From assembly GCA_963843145.1 (NCBI GenBank), contig CAWJJC010000020.1:416001-480000 (forward strand): DNA of 64,000 nucleotides, in the 5' to 3' direction. The number at the start of each line of letters is the position of its first letter. Position 1 is the stretch's first letter. A model generated the notes under the pieces. It saw only the letters and a program-made list of their open reading frames with translations, was not told the origin of the DNA and did no database searches. The translations under genes and the position numbers were made by a program. The stretch comes from an uncultured delta proteobacterium. Lineage in GTDB: Bacteria; Desulfobacterota; RBG-13-43-22. Below, one piece after another: positions 7,978 through 17,971 of this stretch.

Positions 7978-9717
7978 TCAGGGCTTCAGATTGTAACGTC
8001 TCATCTTTCGCCAGAGCGTGGTCCGATCCATGTGTAGCCTTTGGGCGGTAGCCTGGCGATTCCAGTGGTGGGCGCTTAAGGCTTCCCGGATCAAGGCGGC
8101 CTCATCGAACGGTGGGTCAAGGGAACGGGCCGGCAGGCTTTCCCGGTCGCGAGTCCTGCCCTGCACATAGAGCGGCAGGTGTTCCACCTGGATAATCTCC
8201 CCCTGGCAGATCAGGCAGGCGTGTTCGATGATATTTTCCAGTTCGCGGATATTGCCCGGATACGGATATTCCAGGAGAAGGCCCAGGGCCGGCGGATCAA
8301 AGCGTTGAATTCTCTTTCCCTTTTCCAGATTGCTTTGCTTCAGGAAATGATTAATCAGCAAAGGGACATCCTGAACCCGTTCCCGCAAGGGCGGAAGTTC
8401 CAGTCGAATGACATTCAAGCGATAAAACAAGTCCTCCCTGAATTTCCGCTCCCGGATCATCCCTTCCAGATCCTGATTTGTGGCCGCCAGGATCCGCACA
8501 TCCACCTTGACTGTTTTTTTAGCACCCAGGGGGTAAAATTCCTTATCCTCCAGGACCCGCAACAACTTAGCCTGAAGGGCCAGGGGCAGGTCCCCGATCT
8601 CATCCAAAAAAATGGTTCCCTGGTTCGCCAGTTGAAACAAACCAGGTTTGTCGTGCTGGGCGCCGGTAAAGGCCCCGCGGACATAGCCGAACATCTCGGA
8701 TTCCAGCAGATTCTCCGGGATGGCCGCGCAATTGACCTTGATAAAGGGCCCTTGGGCCCGCTGGCTTTGTTCGTGGATGACCTTGGCCACCAGGTCCTTT
8801 CCACAACCGGTGGGACCCTGGATCAGCACCGTCACATCCCGGTTGGCGACGATGGGCAGCAGTTCAAAGATACGGAGCATGCGGGGGTCCTGGCTGATGA
8901 TATCGCCACAGGTAAACCGCTGGTATACTTTCTTTTCCAAATGCTGAATCAGGGAGCGGTCCTCAAACATACCCACCGCCCCCAACGTTTTGCCCTCATC
9001 GTCCCGTAATAAGGTAAAGGCGATTTTTACCGGGACGGCCGTCCCGTCTTTGGACCCGACCTCCCCGTCGATCTCCGACAGGGGTTCCCCATCTTTCAGA
9101 ATCTTTTCCAGGCCGCAATCGGCCTGGCACAGATTGGAACAGAGGATATCCCGGCAGGGTTTACCGATCACTTCCTCGCGGCGAAAACCGGTCATCCGTT
9201 CCGCGCCGGTATTAAAAGAAAGGATATGGCCGCTACGGGTAAAAGTGATCACCCCCAGGGCCATGCTGTCCAGAATTTGACGAAACCGTTCGGTCTGATA
9301 GCGGATCTTTCCATGAAGGTCCCACAAGAGGGAAACATCCTGAAAACTTTCCACAGCCCCGACCAGATTTCCCTGACGGTCCCGAAGGGGGGTGACCGTC
9401 TTATTGATCAGGATGGCATCCCCTTCCCGGTCCATGATTTCCAAATCAAAATTTAAGAAAGAATTGCCTTTCTCAAAAGCCCGGTGAAAACGGCAATCTC
9501 CCTGGCAAAGATTGTTTCCGAAGACCTCGTGGCAGTGTTTGCCGACCACTTCCTCAAGCCGGTAACCGGTTATGCTTACGGCCGCTTCGTTAAAAGAAGT
9601 CACCCGGCGTTCCAGATCAACGGTAAAGACACCGATCCCCATGGAGTTCCAGATAATCCCCAGGGTTTGATGATCCGGCAGGGGGAATAAAGCCTTGTTT
9701 TTCTTTTTGGAAGTCAT
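7978..9717 (-). CDS. Sigma54-dependent activator, PAS-PAS-AAA+-Fis HTH
   Basis: GPTGCGKD, GAFTGA, FLDEIGD, FREDLFYRLNV, RTTLWRKM; both PAS domains carry C-X8-C-X3-C. Confidence 0.95.
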   Translation of the reverse strand: MTSKKKNKALFPLPDHQTLGIIWNSMGIGVFTVDLERRVTSFNEAAVSITGYRLEEVVGKHCHEVFGNNLCQGDCRFHRAFEKGNSFLNFDLEIMDREGDAILINKTVTPLRDRQGNLVGAVESFQDVSLLWDLHGKIRYQTERFRQILDSMALGVITFTRSGHILSFNTGAERMTGFRREEVIGKPCRDILCSNLCQADCGLEKILKDGEPLSEIDGEVGSKDGTAVPVKIAFTLLRDDEGKTLGAVGMFEDRSLIQHLEKKVYQRFTCGDIISQDPRMLRIFELLPIVANRDVTVLIQGPTGCGKDLVAKVIHEQSQRAQGPFIKVNCAAIPENLLESEMFGYVRGAFTGAQHDKPGLFQLANQGTIFLDEIGDLPLALQAKLLRVLEDKEFYPLGAKKTVKVDVRILAATNQDLEGMIRERKFREDLFYRLNVIRLELPPLRERVQDVPLLINHFLKQSNLEKGKRIQRFDPPALGLLLEYPYPGNIRELENIIEHACLICQGEIIQVEHLPLYVQGRTRDRESLPARSLDPPFDEAALIREALSAHHWNRQATAQRLHMDRTTLWRKMRRYNLKP

Positions 9718-9782
9718 GACAGTTATTCTTGGGTAGGTGCACCTTTTTTAGAAATATACGAAAGCGGTCGTACGGTCATCGC

Positions 9783-10244
9783 TTACCTCTTGGGGTTTCG
9801 AATGCACATCACCGTGCACTGGGCGCGGCGGGCCACATTCTCGGCGGTGCTGCCGAAGTGGAGCTTGTTTGCTTTGGAACTGCCGGCCGCTCCCAGAACG
9901 ATTAAATCCACCTCCTGCAATCGGGCGAAACGGACGATCTCGACAATGGGAACGCCCTTCAACACCTGAAACTCATAATGGGGGTACCCCCCTAATCGGT
10001 GGAGGTACCGATCGATCAGTCTCCGCTTTGCCGGCTCAATCGTCTCCCCGTCATCCGGGCTATCCTTTTGGGCTTCCGGATGGTCTTCTAAGGCGTCGGA
10101 TAAGTTATCCGTTGCCGACAAGACATGAACCAGGTACAGGTGGGCTCCGTAGCGTTCAGTCAGGTCCAGGGCCGTATAAAAGGCATAATCCGCATCCAGG
10201 GAAAAGTCCGAACAGAAAAGAATTTTTTGATATTCCGGTTTCAT
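9783..10244 (-). CDS. Universal stress protein (paralog of 3276..3752)
   Basis: ILFCSDFS...FGSTAENVARRAQC. Confidence 0.92.
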   Translation of the reverse strand: MKPEYQKILFCSDFSLDADYAFYTALDLTERYGAHLYLVHVLSATDNLSDALEDHPEAQKDSPDDGETIEPAKRRLIDRYLHRLGGYPHYEFQVLKGVPIVEIVRFARLQEVDLIVLGAAGSSKANKLHFGSTAENVARRAQCTVMCIRNPKR

Positions 10245-10440
10245 AGCAGTTCCTTAACCCCAAAAATATTTACCCAAACCTCAAGTTTTCCATTGGAAGA
10301 CCCGTTTTTTGCTTTATAGTATATAATTAAGCATATAAAAAATCAAATGCCCTCCCGTCGGCCGGGGCGGCTGTAAAGAGTTTGCCGATAGTGCCTTAAT
10401 GTCTTATTTTTAGTACAAAATAGCTGACTGAAACTCTCTT

Positions 10441-12144
10441 ATGTTATTTCGGCTGACCCTTTATTTTTCTCTTTCTCTCTTCGGAGCGGGACTGGTCTAT
10501 AAACTGGTTTCCTGGTTTCGCTGCCCTCTGGGCGATCAGTCCCGGGGGATCCCCCCAGCCCGGCGGTTTTCCTCCGCGCTCCGGGGGCTGATGGCCGTAC
10601 TCTTCAGCCGCCGGATTCTTCTCCTGGGGAAAATCCTTTTCCAGGACGTCCTCCTCCAGTTGCGTCTGAAGAAAGAAGGGTCCCTCCGCTGGTTCATGCA
10701 TCTTACCCTGTTTTACGGCTTTTTGTTCCTGCTTTTCTTCCATGCCCTGGACCGGTACTTTACCATCAGACTATTCCCCGAATATGTCTCCACCCTGAAC
10801 CCTTTTTTATTCCTGCGCAATTTTTTTGGCGCCCTCCTCCTCCTGGGACTGGCCATCGCCGCTTATCGCCGTATCCGGAACCAGGTCCTGCGTCTGACCA
10901 CCGGACGGCAGGATATCTTCGCCTTGATCCTCCTGGGGCTGATCATCCTTTCCGGTTTTCTGCTGGAGGCCTCCAAGATCGTTTCCCCCCAGCGCTTTCA
11001 GGAGATGGTTCAGGAATACGGTTTTATCCAGGACGACCGGGAACTCCAGGCCTTGCGGGCCTATTGGAGCAGGGATTTCGGGGTGGTCTTCCCGGGACCG
11101 GAAACCCACCCGGGCCCGGAGCTCCTAAAAAAAGGTAGGGCACTGCACGACCTGAATTGCGCCCAATGCCATTCCCGGCCTTCGGCGGCCTTTGTTTCTT
11201 ATGGAATCGCCAGAGCCGTCCGACCCCTGGCACTGACTCTGACCGCTGCCGGGATCAGCACCCTGCTCTGGTACCTTCACTTTTTAAGTTCTTTTCTGGG
11301 GCTGGCTGTCCTGCCCTTCACCAAATTCTTTCATCTCTTTACCAGTCCCCTGATCCTGCTGATCAACGGAGTTACGGATCGAAAGGTCCTCTCCCCGGCC
11401 GACCTGGCCACAATCCAGGCCATTGAACTGGATGCCTGTACCCATTGCGCTATTTGCAGCCAACACTGTTCGGTGCGGCCGATCAGTCTTCGCCTGGAAA
11501 ATCCCTACCTGATGTCTTCTGAAAAGTTGATCGCCTTCAAGACCTTGTCCCGCCAAAAAAACTTGCCCGAATCGGAACTGAAGGCCTTCCAGGAGGGCAA
11601 CTCCCTCTGTACCGGCTGTTACCGTGGCAACTTATACTGCCCCATAGGAATCAATACGCTGCAGCTCTGGTCCTGCATGCAGCAGGACCTGGCTCATCGG
11701 GGTTGTCCCGATCTTTTTAGTTCTACCCGCGACGCTTTCGTTTCCAAGTTTGATGCCGATCGAAGCAAAACGGTGGTGCCCCTGGCTCCGGAAGGTAAGG
11801 CTCTCAAAAAGGAAATGCTGCTCTCCAGTCAGGGAAACAGTTTCAACCCCTGTTATACCTGCCTGACCTGTTCCAATGCCTGCCCGGTGGTGATGAATTA
11901 CTCCAATCCTATTACCGTCCTGGGTCTGCTGCCCCACCAGATCATGTACAGCCTGAAATTCGGGTTGGCCTCCCAGGTTCTGGGAGCCAGGATGGTCTGG
12001 GACTGCCTGGGCTGTTATCAATGTCAGGAAAACTGCCCCCAGGGTATTCGAGTAACCGACATCCTTTTTGAACTCAAGAATCTGGCCTTCCAGCAGTTGA
12101 AGGCTAAGCCCTCGGAAACCGGTCTTGAAGGGGGTGCGTCATGA
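10441..12144 (+). CDS. Membrane NarI/HdrE-like cytochrome b domain with a CxxCH insert, fused to HdrC-like [4Fe-4S] dicluster domains
   Basis: RWFMH..FYGF...H, WYLH...LPFTKFFHLFTSP, CAQCH, CTHCAICSQHC, CYTCLTCSNACP, WDCLGCYQCQENCP. Confidence 0.8.
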   Translation: MLFRLTLYFSLSLFGAGLVYKLVSWFRCPLGDQSRGIPPARRFSSALRGLMAVLFSRRILLLGKILFQDVLLQLRLKKEGSLRWFMHLTLFYGFLFLLFFHALDRYFTIRLFPEYVSTLNPFLFLRNFFGALLLLGLAIAAYRRIRNQVLRLTTGRQDIFALILLGLIILSGFLLEASKIVSPQRFQEMVQEYGFIQDDRELQALRAYWSRDFGVVFPGPETHPGPELLKKGRALHDLNCAQCHSRPSAAFVSYGIARAVRPLALTLTAAGISTLLWYLHFLSSFLGLAVLPFTKFFHLFTSPLILLINGVTDRKVLSPADLATIQAIELDACTHCAICSQHCSVRPISLRLENPYLMSSEKLIAFKTLSRQKNLPESELKAFQEGNSLCTGCYRGNLYCPIGINTLQLWSCMQQDLAHRGCPDLFSSTRDAFVSKFDADRSKTVVPLAPEGKALKKEMLLSSQGNSFNPCYTCLTCSNACPVVMNYSNPITVLGLLPHQIMYSLKFGLASQVLGARMVWDCLGCYQCQENCPQGIRVTDILFELKNLAFQQLKAKPSETGLEGGAS

Positions 12145-12997
12145 AATACGTCCTCTTCCCCGGCTGCAAGATTCCTTATTATGTTCCCTATTTTGGAACC
12201 TCCAGCCGAGCTGTCCTGGAGCGGTTTGGCATCGAACTGCTGGATCTGGAATTTAACTGCTGCGGCTATCCTGTCCGATTTCTGGATTTCCGGTCCTTTA
12301 TTTATTCCTCGGCCCGCAATCTGGCCCTGGCCGGGGAAAAAGGGTTGCCCTTGCTCTGCCTGTGCCAGTGCTGTTACGGCACCTTGCGCTATGCCGATAT
12401 CCTCATGCGGCAAAATGAGGCCCTGTTCAAGGACATCACCCTGCTGCTGAAGGAAGAGGGCCTGCGCTATCCCCCCCGAATTGAAATAAAACATCTCCTC
12501 CACGTTTTAGCCGATGAAATCGGTCCGGAGGCCATTTGGGGGAACAATAAGCGGCCCTTCAAGTCGCTCAAGGTGGCCGCCCATTATGGCTGTCATATCC
12601 TGCGTCCCCGGGATGTGGTTCGGTTCGACCATTCCACCACCCCCACCAAGTTTGAGACCCTGGTGGAGGTAACCGGCGGGATCAGCGTGGATTGGCCCCT
12701 GAGACTGCAATGCTGCGGAGATCCCCTGCGGGATAAAAACGATCCCTTGTCTTTGGAGTTGATGCGAAAAAAAATGGAGTCGGCCCGGAAGGCCGGGGCG
12801 GATGTTCTCTGCGTCGCCTGCCCCCATTGCCAGATGCAATTTACCCGGAAACCCGAGAACCCAACGGGGAAGAAGACCCGGGCCTTTCCCTGCCCTCCCT
12901 CCTGTATCCACAGTTGCTGGGTTTGAGTCTGGGGTTGGATGAAAAGGTCCTGGGTCCTATCGGTTTGGATACGAGCGGTTTCTATACCTCACTCTAA
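12141..12997 (+). CDS. hdrB: HdrB-like CCG protein; frameshift near 12840-12890
   Basis: FPGC, CCGYP, HYGCH, CCG, CPHCQMQF; typical tail LPSLLYPQLLGLSLG continues in another frame to TAA 12997. Confidence 0.8.
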
Positions 12998-13010
12998 ACC
13001 CTATTGGTTT

Positions 13011-13173
13011 TAAATTCGAAATTCGAAGCACGAAATCCGAAACAAATTCAAATGATCAAATCTCAAAATTCAAAACGTTTTTGTTTTGAGCATTTGGATT
13101 TTGGAGCTTCGTGCTTGTTTCGGCCTGCGACGAGCTCAGCCGAGTCGATTTCGTGCTTCGAATTTCGAATTTA
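13011..13173. repeat. Long palindromic (MITE/REP-like) element
   Basis: Perfect 27-bp terminal inverted repeat taaattcgaaattcgaagcacgaaatc (13011-13037 / 13147-13173) with further internal complementarity; sits between convergent genes. Confidence 0.85.
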
Positions 13174-13179
13174 TGTGTG

Positions 13180-13998
13180 TTACCCTTTCGGCCAGAAAAG
13201 CAGGATGACCGGGGCCAACGCGATCCGGTACCAGGCAAAAGGCTTTAAGGTCCAGCGGCCCAGCAGACGGATAAAGGCGGCCACGGTAAAGTAGGCCACG
13301 ACGAAGGCCACCGCAAATCCAACCGCCAGAAACCATAAATCCGAGGCGTTGAAGAGGGCCCGGGTTTTCCAGAAATCATATCCGGAGGCCGCGATCATCA
13401 CCGGAACGGCGGCCAGGAAGGAATACTCGGCCGCGGTTTTCCGCTTCAGTCCCCCGAGCATCCCGCCGACAATCGTCGCTGCGGCCCGGGAGATTCCCGG
13501 CCACATGGACAGGCATTGAAACAAGCCGATGACCAGGGCCTGTCCCCAGGTAATATTATCCAGTGAGACGATCCCCTGGTCGCGTTTACGGCGTTCGACC
13601 AGAAGAATGCCCACCCCTCCTACGGCCAGGGCCACGGCCACGCTGCCGGCATTAAAAAGATAGGCCTTGATGGAACTGTAAGCGAATTTACCCACCAGCA
13701 AGGCCGGCAGCGTAGTCAAGCCCAACAACAGACAGCCGCGCAGACCTTTCAGCCCCTGGCTGGTCTTAGTGAATTTCCGCCAGCCTTCCAGCGGCATCAA
13801 GGCTTTAAACCGCTGCCGATAGAGCCAAACCACCGCCAGGATGGCCCCCAATTGGATCACCACGTCAAACGTTTTGGCGACCTGCCCATGGAAACGAAGC
13901 AGTTGCCCGGCCAGGATCAAATGTCCGGTGGAGGAGACGGGGATAAATTCGGTCAGACCTTCGACGATCCCCAGAATGACCGCGGTCCAGAGCGACAT
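13180..13998 (-). CDS. uppP: Undecaprenyl-diphosphate phosphatase
   Basis: GIVEGLTEFIPVSSTGHL, IQLGAILA, PGISR, AAEYSFL. Confidence 0.96.
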   Translation of the reverse strand: MSLWTAVILGIVEGLTEFIPVSSTGHLILAGQLLRFHGQVAKTFDVVIQLGAILAVVWLYRQRFKALMPLEGWRKFTKTSQGLKGLRGCLLLGLTTLPALLVGKFAYSSIKAYLFNAGSVAVALAVGGVGILLVERRKRDQGIVSLDNITWGQALVIGLFQCLSMWPGISRAAATIVGGMLGGLKRKTAAEYSFLAAVPVMIAASGYDFWKTRALFNASDLWFLAVGFAVAFVVAYFTVAAFIRLLGRWTLKPFAWYRIALAPVILLFWPKG

Positions 13999-14006
13999 GG
14001 AACGGC

Positions 14007-14996
14007 CTACCAGTACCGCCGGCGATAAAGCCGGTAGTAGTCAACGGTTTTTTGGAGTCCTTCGGCCAGCAGGGTGGTCGGTTTCCAACCCGTGTGGGCC
14101 GTCAGTCTGGAGAAATCCGTGACCACATCGCCCACCTCGATGGTCTTCCGTTCTTCCGGCCAGGGCGCGTGGACATAGCGGCCGGACCCGCAGGCTCGAA
14201 GGATCGCCTGGACCAGTTCCAGAAAGGTTATGGCTTCGGCGCTGCCGATGCTGTATACCTGGTTCAGGCAAACCTCCTTCTCTCCCAGAAGCAGCAGACA
14301 ACGGATAATGTCCTCCACATAAATCATCTCCCGCTTCTGGCTGCCATCACCAAAAACCTTGATCTCCTGGTCCTCCAGGGCCAGCCGGATTAAGAAATTT
14401 TGGACTCCGTACTTGGGATGCCGCATTTGATGGCGGGGTCCGTAGGTATTGCCCAGCCGCAAGGAGGTCACCTGAAGACCGCAAATCTTATTATAGAGCA
14501 GGTGGTACCATTCCACGGCCTGTTTGGTGGCGGCGTAAATATCCTTGGGATTTGGCGGGGTCTCTTCCGTGATGGGGATGGTCAGTGCCTGACCGTACTG
14601 GGCCCGGGTCCCGATATACACTACCCGAGTTTGCGGGTTAACGGCGCGAAGGGATTCCAGGAAATGGACCTGGGGAATCACATTGGTTTCCAGATCATAG
14701 ACCGGATTGGCCATGGATTCCAGGTGGCAGGAGTGCATGCCGATGTTATAAATCAGATCTTTGTCCCGCACATAATAATCCGTGGCCGCCCGATCTCCCA
14801 GATTGGCGATAACTACTTTCACCCGATCTTTGACCGGCTCGATATTGAAAAAATTGGCCCCCAAATCCGGGATCATCCCGTCTAGAAGGGTCACCTCGGC
14901 CCCCAGTTCGACCAATCTGATCGCCAGCGTGCTGCCCAGGAAACCCAACCCCCCGGTAATCAGTATTTTTTTACCGAAATAAAAATGTTCCGCCAT
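14007..14996 (-). CDS. NAD-dependent epimerase/dehydratase (extended SDR)
   Basis: ITGGLGFLG, YAATK, R.GNTYGP, GDGSQKR. Confidence 0.92.
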   Translation of the reverse strand: MAEHFYFGKKILITGGLGFLGSTLAIRLVELGAEVTLLDGMIPDLGANFFNIEPVKDRVKVVIANLGDRAATDYYVRDKDLIYNIGMHSCHLESMANPVYDLETNVIPQVHFLESLRAVNPQTRVVYIGTRAQYGQALTIPITEETPPNPKDIYAATKQAVEWYHLLYNKICGLQVTSLRLGNTYGPRHQMRHPKYGVQNFLIRLALEDQEIKVFGDGSQKREMIYVEDIIRCLLLLGEKEVCLNQVYSIGSAEAITFLELVQAILRACGSGRYVHAPWPEERKTIEVGDVVTDFSRLTAHTGWKPTTLLAEGLQKTVDYYRLYRRRYW

Positions 14997-15106
14997 AAAA
15001 TTCCTCGCTTTTATAGATAGATTAAATGCAAGAATCCATCTTATAATAAGGCGCCTTTGTAGCATATCCGGAGTCTAAAAACAACTTATTCCCGGACGAG
15101 GTTATC

Positions 15107-16738
15107 ATGATTAACATTCAGGAATCCACGATAGGCGCCTGGTTGAACCAGGTCGCCCGTGAACATCCCGAGCGAGAGGCTTTAGTCCATCCGCAGCGGG
15201 GCATCCGTTTCACCTACCGGACTTTCCTGGAACAGGCAGGACGACTGGCTCGCGGATTGATGGCCCTGGGAATTCAGAAAGGGGACCCGGTGGCCCTCTG
15301 GGGATCGAACTGTCCGGAATGGGTCCTGGCCCAGGTGGCCCTGGCCAAAACCGGGGCCGTCCTGACGGCCCTGGATCCCGGTTATGGCCTTGAAGAGCTG
15401 CGCTACGCCCTTTCCCAGTCCGGGGCAAAGGCGGTATTAACCCAGGAAGGCCCGAACGGTTCTTACCTGAAAATGCTCCGTTCCCTGGCCCCGGACTTTT
15501 GGGAAACTAATCCCCTTCGGGAGAAACCGCTTCCCTCGCTGCGCTCCATCATTACCTTTTCGGAAACCGAGACCTCGCTCCCCGGCTTAAAGGAGCTGTC
15601 CGCCTGGGGAGAGCGGGTCTCTCCCTCCCAACTGAGGGGACGGGAGGACTCCCTGAAGCCGGAAGACCCTCTGATGCTGCTTTTTACTTCCGGGACCACC
15701 GGGAAACCCAAAGGGGTGGTGGTCGATCACCGAGGGATTTTGAACAAGTCGCTGGCCTCCACGGAAAGGATGAAAATTTCGGCAGAGGATCGCCTTTGCC
15801 TTTTCTTTCCGCTCTTCCACATGTTCGGTAACACCTGCATCTGTCTGTCCGGGTTGATCCGGGGAGCGGCCCTGGTCATCCCTTCGGACCAGTTTTCACC
15901 CCCGGAGGTTATCGCCGCTCTGGGAGAGGAAAGTTGCACCGCCATTTACGGTTCCCCCTCCATGTTCCTGGCCCTTCTCGAAGCGCCCCCATTCAGAGGT
16001 TTTCAACCGGGAAGCCTGCGCACCGGCATCGTCGGCGGAGCGCCCTGCCCCCTGGCCCTGATGAAGCGCATCGTTACTGAAATGGGGGTCCGGGAACTGG
16101 CCATCGCCTACGGCATCACCGAAGCCTCCTCCTGGGTCACCCAGACCCTGCCCGACGATCCCCTGGAATTGCGGGTCTCCACCATCGGGAAGGCCCTGCC
16201 CAATTGTGAAGTCAAGATCGTGGACCCGCTGACCGGCGAAGACCTTCCGGATGGACAGCCGGGGGAAATCTGTACCCGGGGCTTATTGATGAAAGGCTAT
16301 TTTCACAATCCGGAGGCCACCGCCCGGGTGGTCGACCGGGATGGCTGGTATCATACCGGGGACCTGGGTACGCGTGACGCCCAAGGGTATTTCCGGATCA
16401 CCGGACGATTGAAGGACGTCATCGTCAAGGATGGAAAGGAACTATTGCCCACCGAGATCGAAGACGGCGTCTATAAACTGTCGGGGGTGGCCATGGTCCA
16501 GGCCTTCGGGGTCCCCGATCCGGCCCGGGGAGAAGGTGTGGCGGTCTGGGTTAAGGCCAAAGAGGGCGTTTCCTTGACTGAAGAAACGGTCCGGGCCCAC
16601 TGCCGGGAGCAGCTTCCCGAAACGCTCCAGCCGGATTATGTCCGCCTGGTGAATGATTTCCCCATGACCCGTTCCGGGAAGATGCAGAAGTTCAAGATGC
16701 GGGAGATGATGGTGGAGCTGCTGGGGAAAGAAACATGA
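15107..16738 (+). CDS. AMP-dependent acyl-CoA synthetase
   Basis: FTSGTTGKPKG, AYGITEAS, GWYHTGDLG, GRLKD, SGKMQK. Confidence 0.93.
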   Translation: MINIQESTIGAWLNQVAREHPEREALVHPQRGIRFTYRTFLEQAGRLARGLMALGIQKGDPVALWGSNCPEWVLAQVALAKTGAVLTALDPGYGLEELRYALSQSGAKAVLTQEGPNGSYLKMLRSLAPDFWETNPLREKPLPSLRSIITFSETETSLPGLKELSAWGERVSPSQLRGREDSLKPEDPLMLLFTSGTTGKPKGVVVDHRGILNKSLASTERMKISAEDRLCLFFPLFHMFGNTCICLSGLIRGAALVIPSDQFSPPEVIAALGEESCTAIYGSPSMFLALLEAPPFRGFQPGSLRTGIVGGAPCPLALMKRIVTEMGVRELAIAYGITEASSWVTQTLPDDPLELRVSTIGKALPNCEVKIVDPLTGEDLPDGQPGEICTRGLLMKGYFHNPEATARVVDRDGWYHTGDLGTRDAQGYFRITGRLKDVIVKDGKELLPTEIEDGVYKLSGVAMVQAFGVPDPARGEGVAVWVKAKEGVSLTEETVRAHCREQLPETLQPDYVRLVNDFPMTRSGKMQKFKMREMMVELLGKET

Positions 16739-16749
16739 AAGGGCGGGTT

Positions 16750-17970
16750 TCAGGCCAACCGGGACCCCAATGCCTCGGCTACGAATTTGGCGCCTGCCCC
16801 TCCACCCCCAACCAGACGCCGGATCCGCTCCAACGTTCCAGGCCGGCATCCGGCCAGTTCGGCCGCCTTCAAAGTGGACTCACAGGCCTTCCAGACGTCC
16901 AGACTGGTAATTTCGTATCCATAACCTTCTACCAGCCAACGCAGGGCCGCCAATCCGGCCTCCAGGGCAAACCGGGGTACTTTCGTCGCCAATTCTATTG
17001 AGGCGCGGGTAAGTGTCTTGGGATCACAGGGGGACTGGTTGGCCAGTTCAATGGCCGTTTCGTAAAGTCCTGCCGATTTGGCTGCCGCGAACCATTTCCC
17101 CTCATTCCCCGGAGTGCTTTTGATCAGATCCTGTAAAATGGCCTCTGGCCCTTTATGGGGATATTTACGGACCAAGGCCCGAAAAGTATTTAGATAAGTC
17201 GTCGATTGATTTGCCAATAGGGCATAACGTCTATAGGCCTCCTCAACCAGACCGCTGGAAAGCAGGATTTCTTCACAAGTTCGGGCAATGGCGACCGGGC
17301 TGTTGCTCAGAGCACGGGAATTCTCGGCGTAATGAAGGGCCTCCGCTTTCTTTTTCATCGACACCAACGCCTTTACCCCCCATTGCCGATAGATCCACAT
17401 CTTATGAGGCTCCTGTTCGAGCAAGGAGAGCAGATCCTCGTATCGGCCCGCCCGATGGAGGGCGCTCAAACAGGCCGTGGTAAACTTTGAAAAACTGTGC
17501 AGTTTCGGGTCCGGGCTCCAGGACAGACGGACGATTCCTATAAATTCATCGGCCCAGTGAGAGGCCCTTTCCACGCTAACGCAAAGATCCCCCCAATAAT
17601 CCGGTAGAAGCTCAATATAAGGAACCTCATCCGCTTCGATGGCTGCGTCCAGTCTTCCCAGCCAGCGATCTCGTAAACGGTCGTCGGCCGGGGCCTCGGC
17701 TATGATGGGGACTAAATCCTCGATCGCCTGGTTGACCGCCGTCCCGATAGCCCCCGAGGAACTATCCACCTGCTCCAGGGCCGGGGAAACCTTCTCCAGA
17801 AAAAGCACCGCCCCTTCGGCTCCCAAAAAGGGATCTTTAACGGCGGCGTTTCTGATCTCGCGTACCGCTTCTTTGACCCGTTGAACGGCCAAGGAGGAGG
17901 AATGCCAGCCATAGGCCTGCCGCCGAAAGCGAGTACTAAAAAGCCATTTATGTGCTGGACTGTTCGTCAT
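16750..17970 (-). CDS. Conserved hypothetical alpha-helical protein
   Basis: 406-aa ORF, coupled to the upstream SEC-C gene; no catalytic motif recognised. Confidence 0.8.
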   Translation of the reverse strand: MTNSPAHKWLFSTRFRRQAYGWHSSSLAVQRVKEAVREIRNAAVKDPFLGAEGAVLFLEKVSPALEQVDSSSGAIGTAVNQAIEDLVPIIAEAPADDRLRDRWLGRLDAAIEADEVPYIELLPDYWGDLCVSVERASHWADEFIGIVRLSWSPDPKLHSFSKFTTACLSALHRAGRYEDLLSLLEQEPHKMWIYRQWGVKALVSMKKKAEALHYAENSRALSNSPVAIARTCEEILLSSGLVEEAYRRYALLANQSTTYLNTFRALVRKYPHKGPEAILQDLIKSTPGNEGKWFAAAKSAGLYETAIELANQSPCDPKTLTRASIELATKVPRFALEAGLAALRWLVEGYGYEITSLDVWKACESTLKAAELAGCRPGTLERIRRLVGGGGAGAKFVAEALGSRLA

Positions 17971-17971
17971 T

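Noticed and set aside
13004-13294. Small ORFs across the 13.0-13.2 kb palindrome
   Set aside because: Translations of a repeat element
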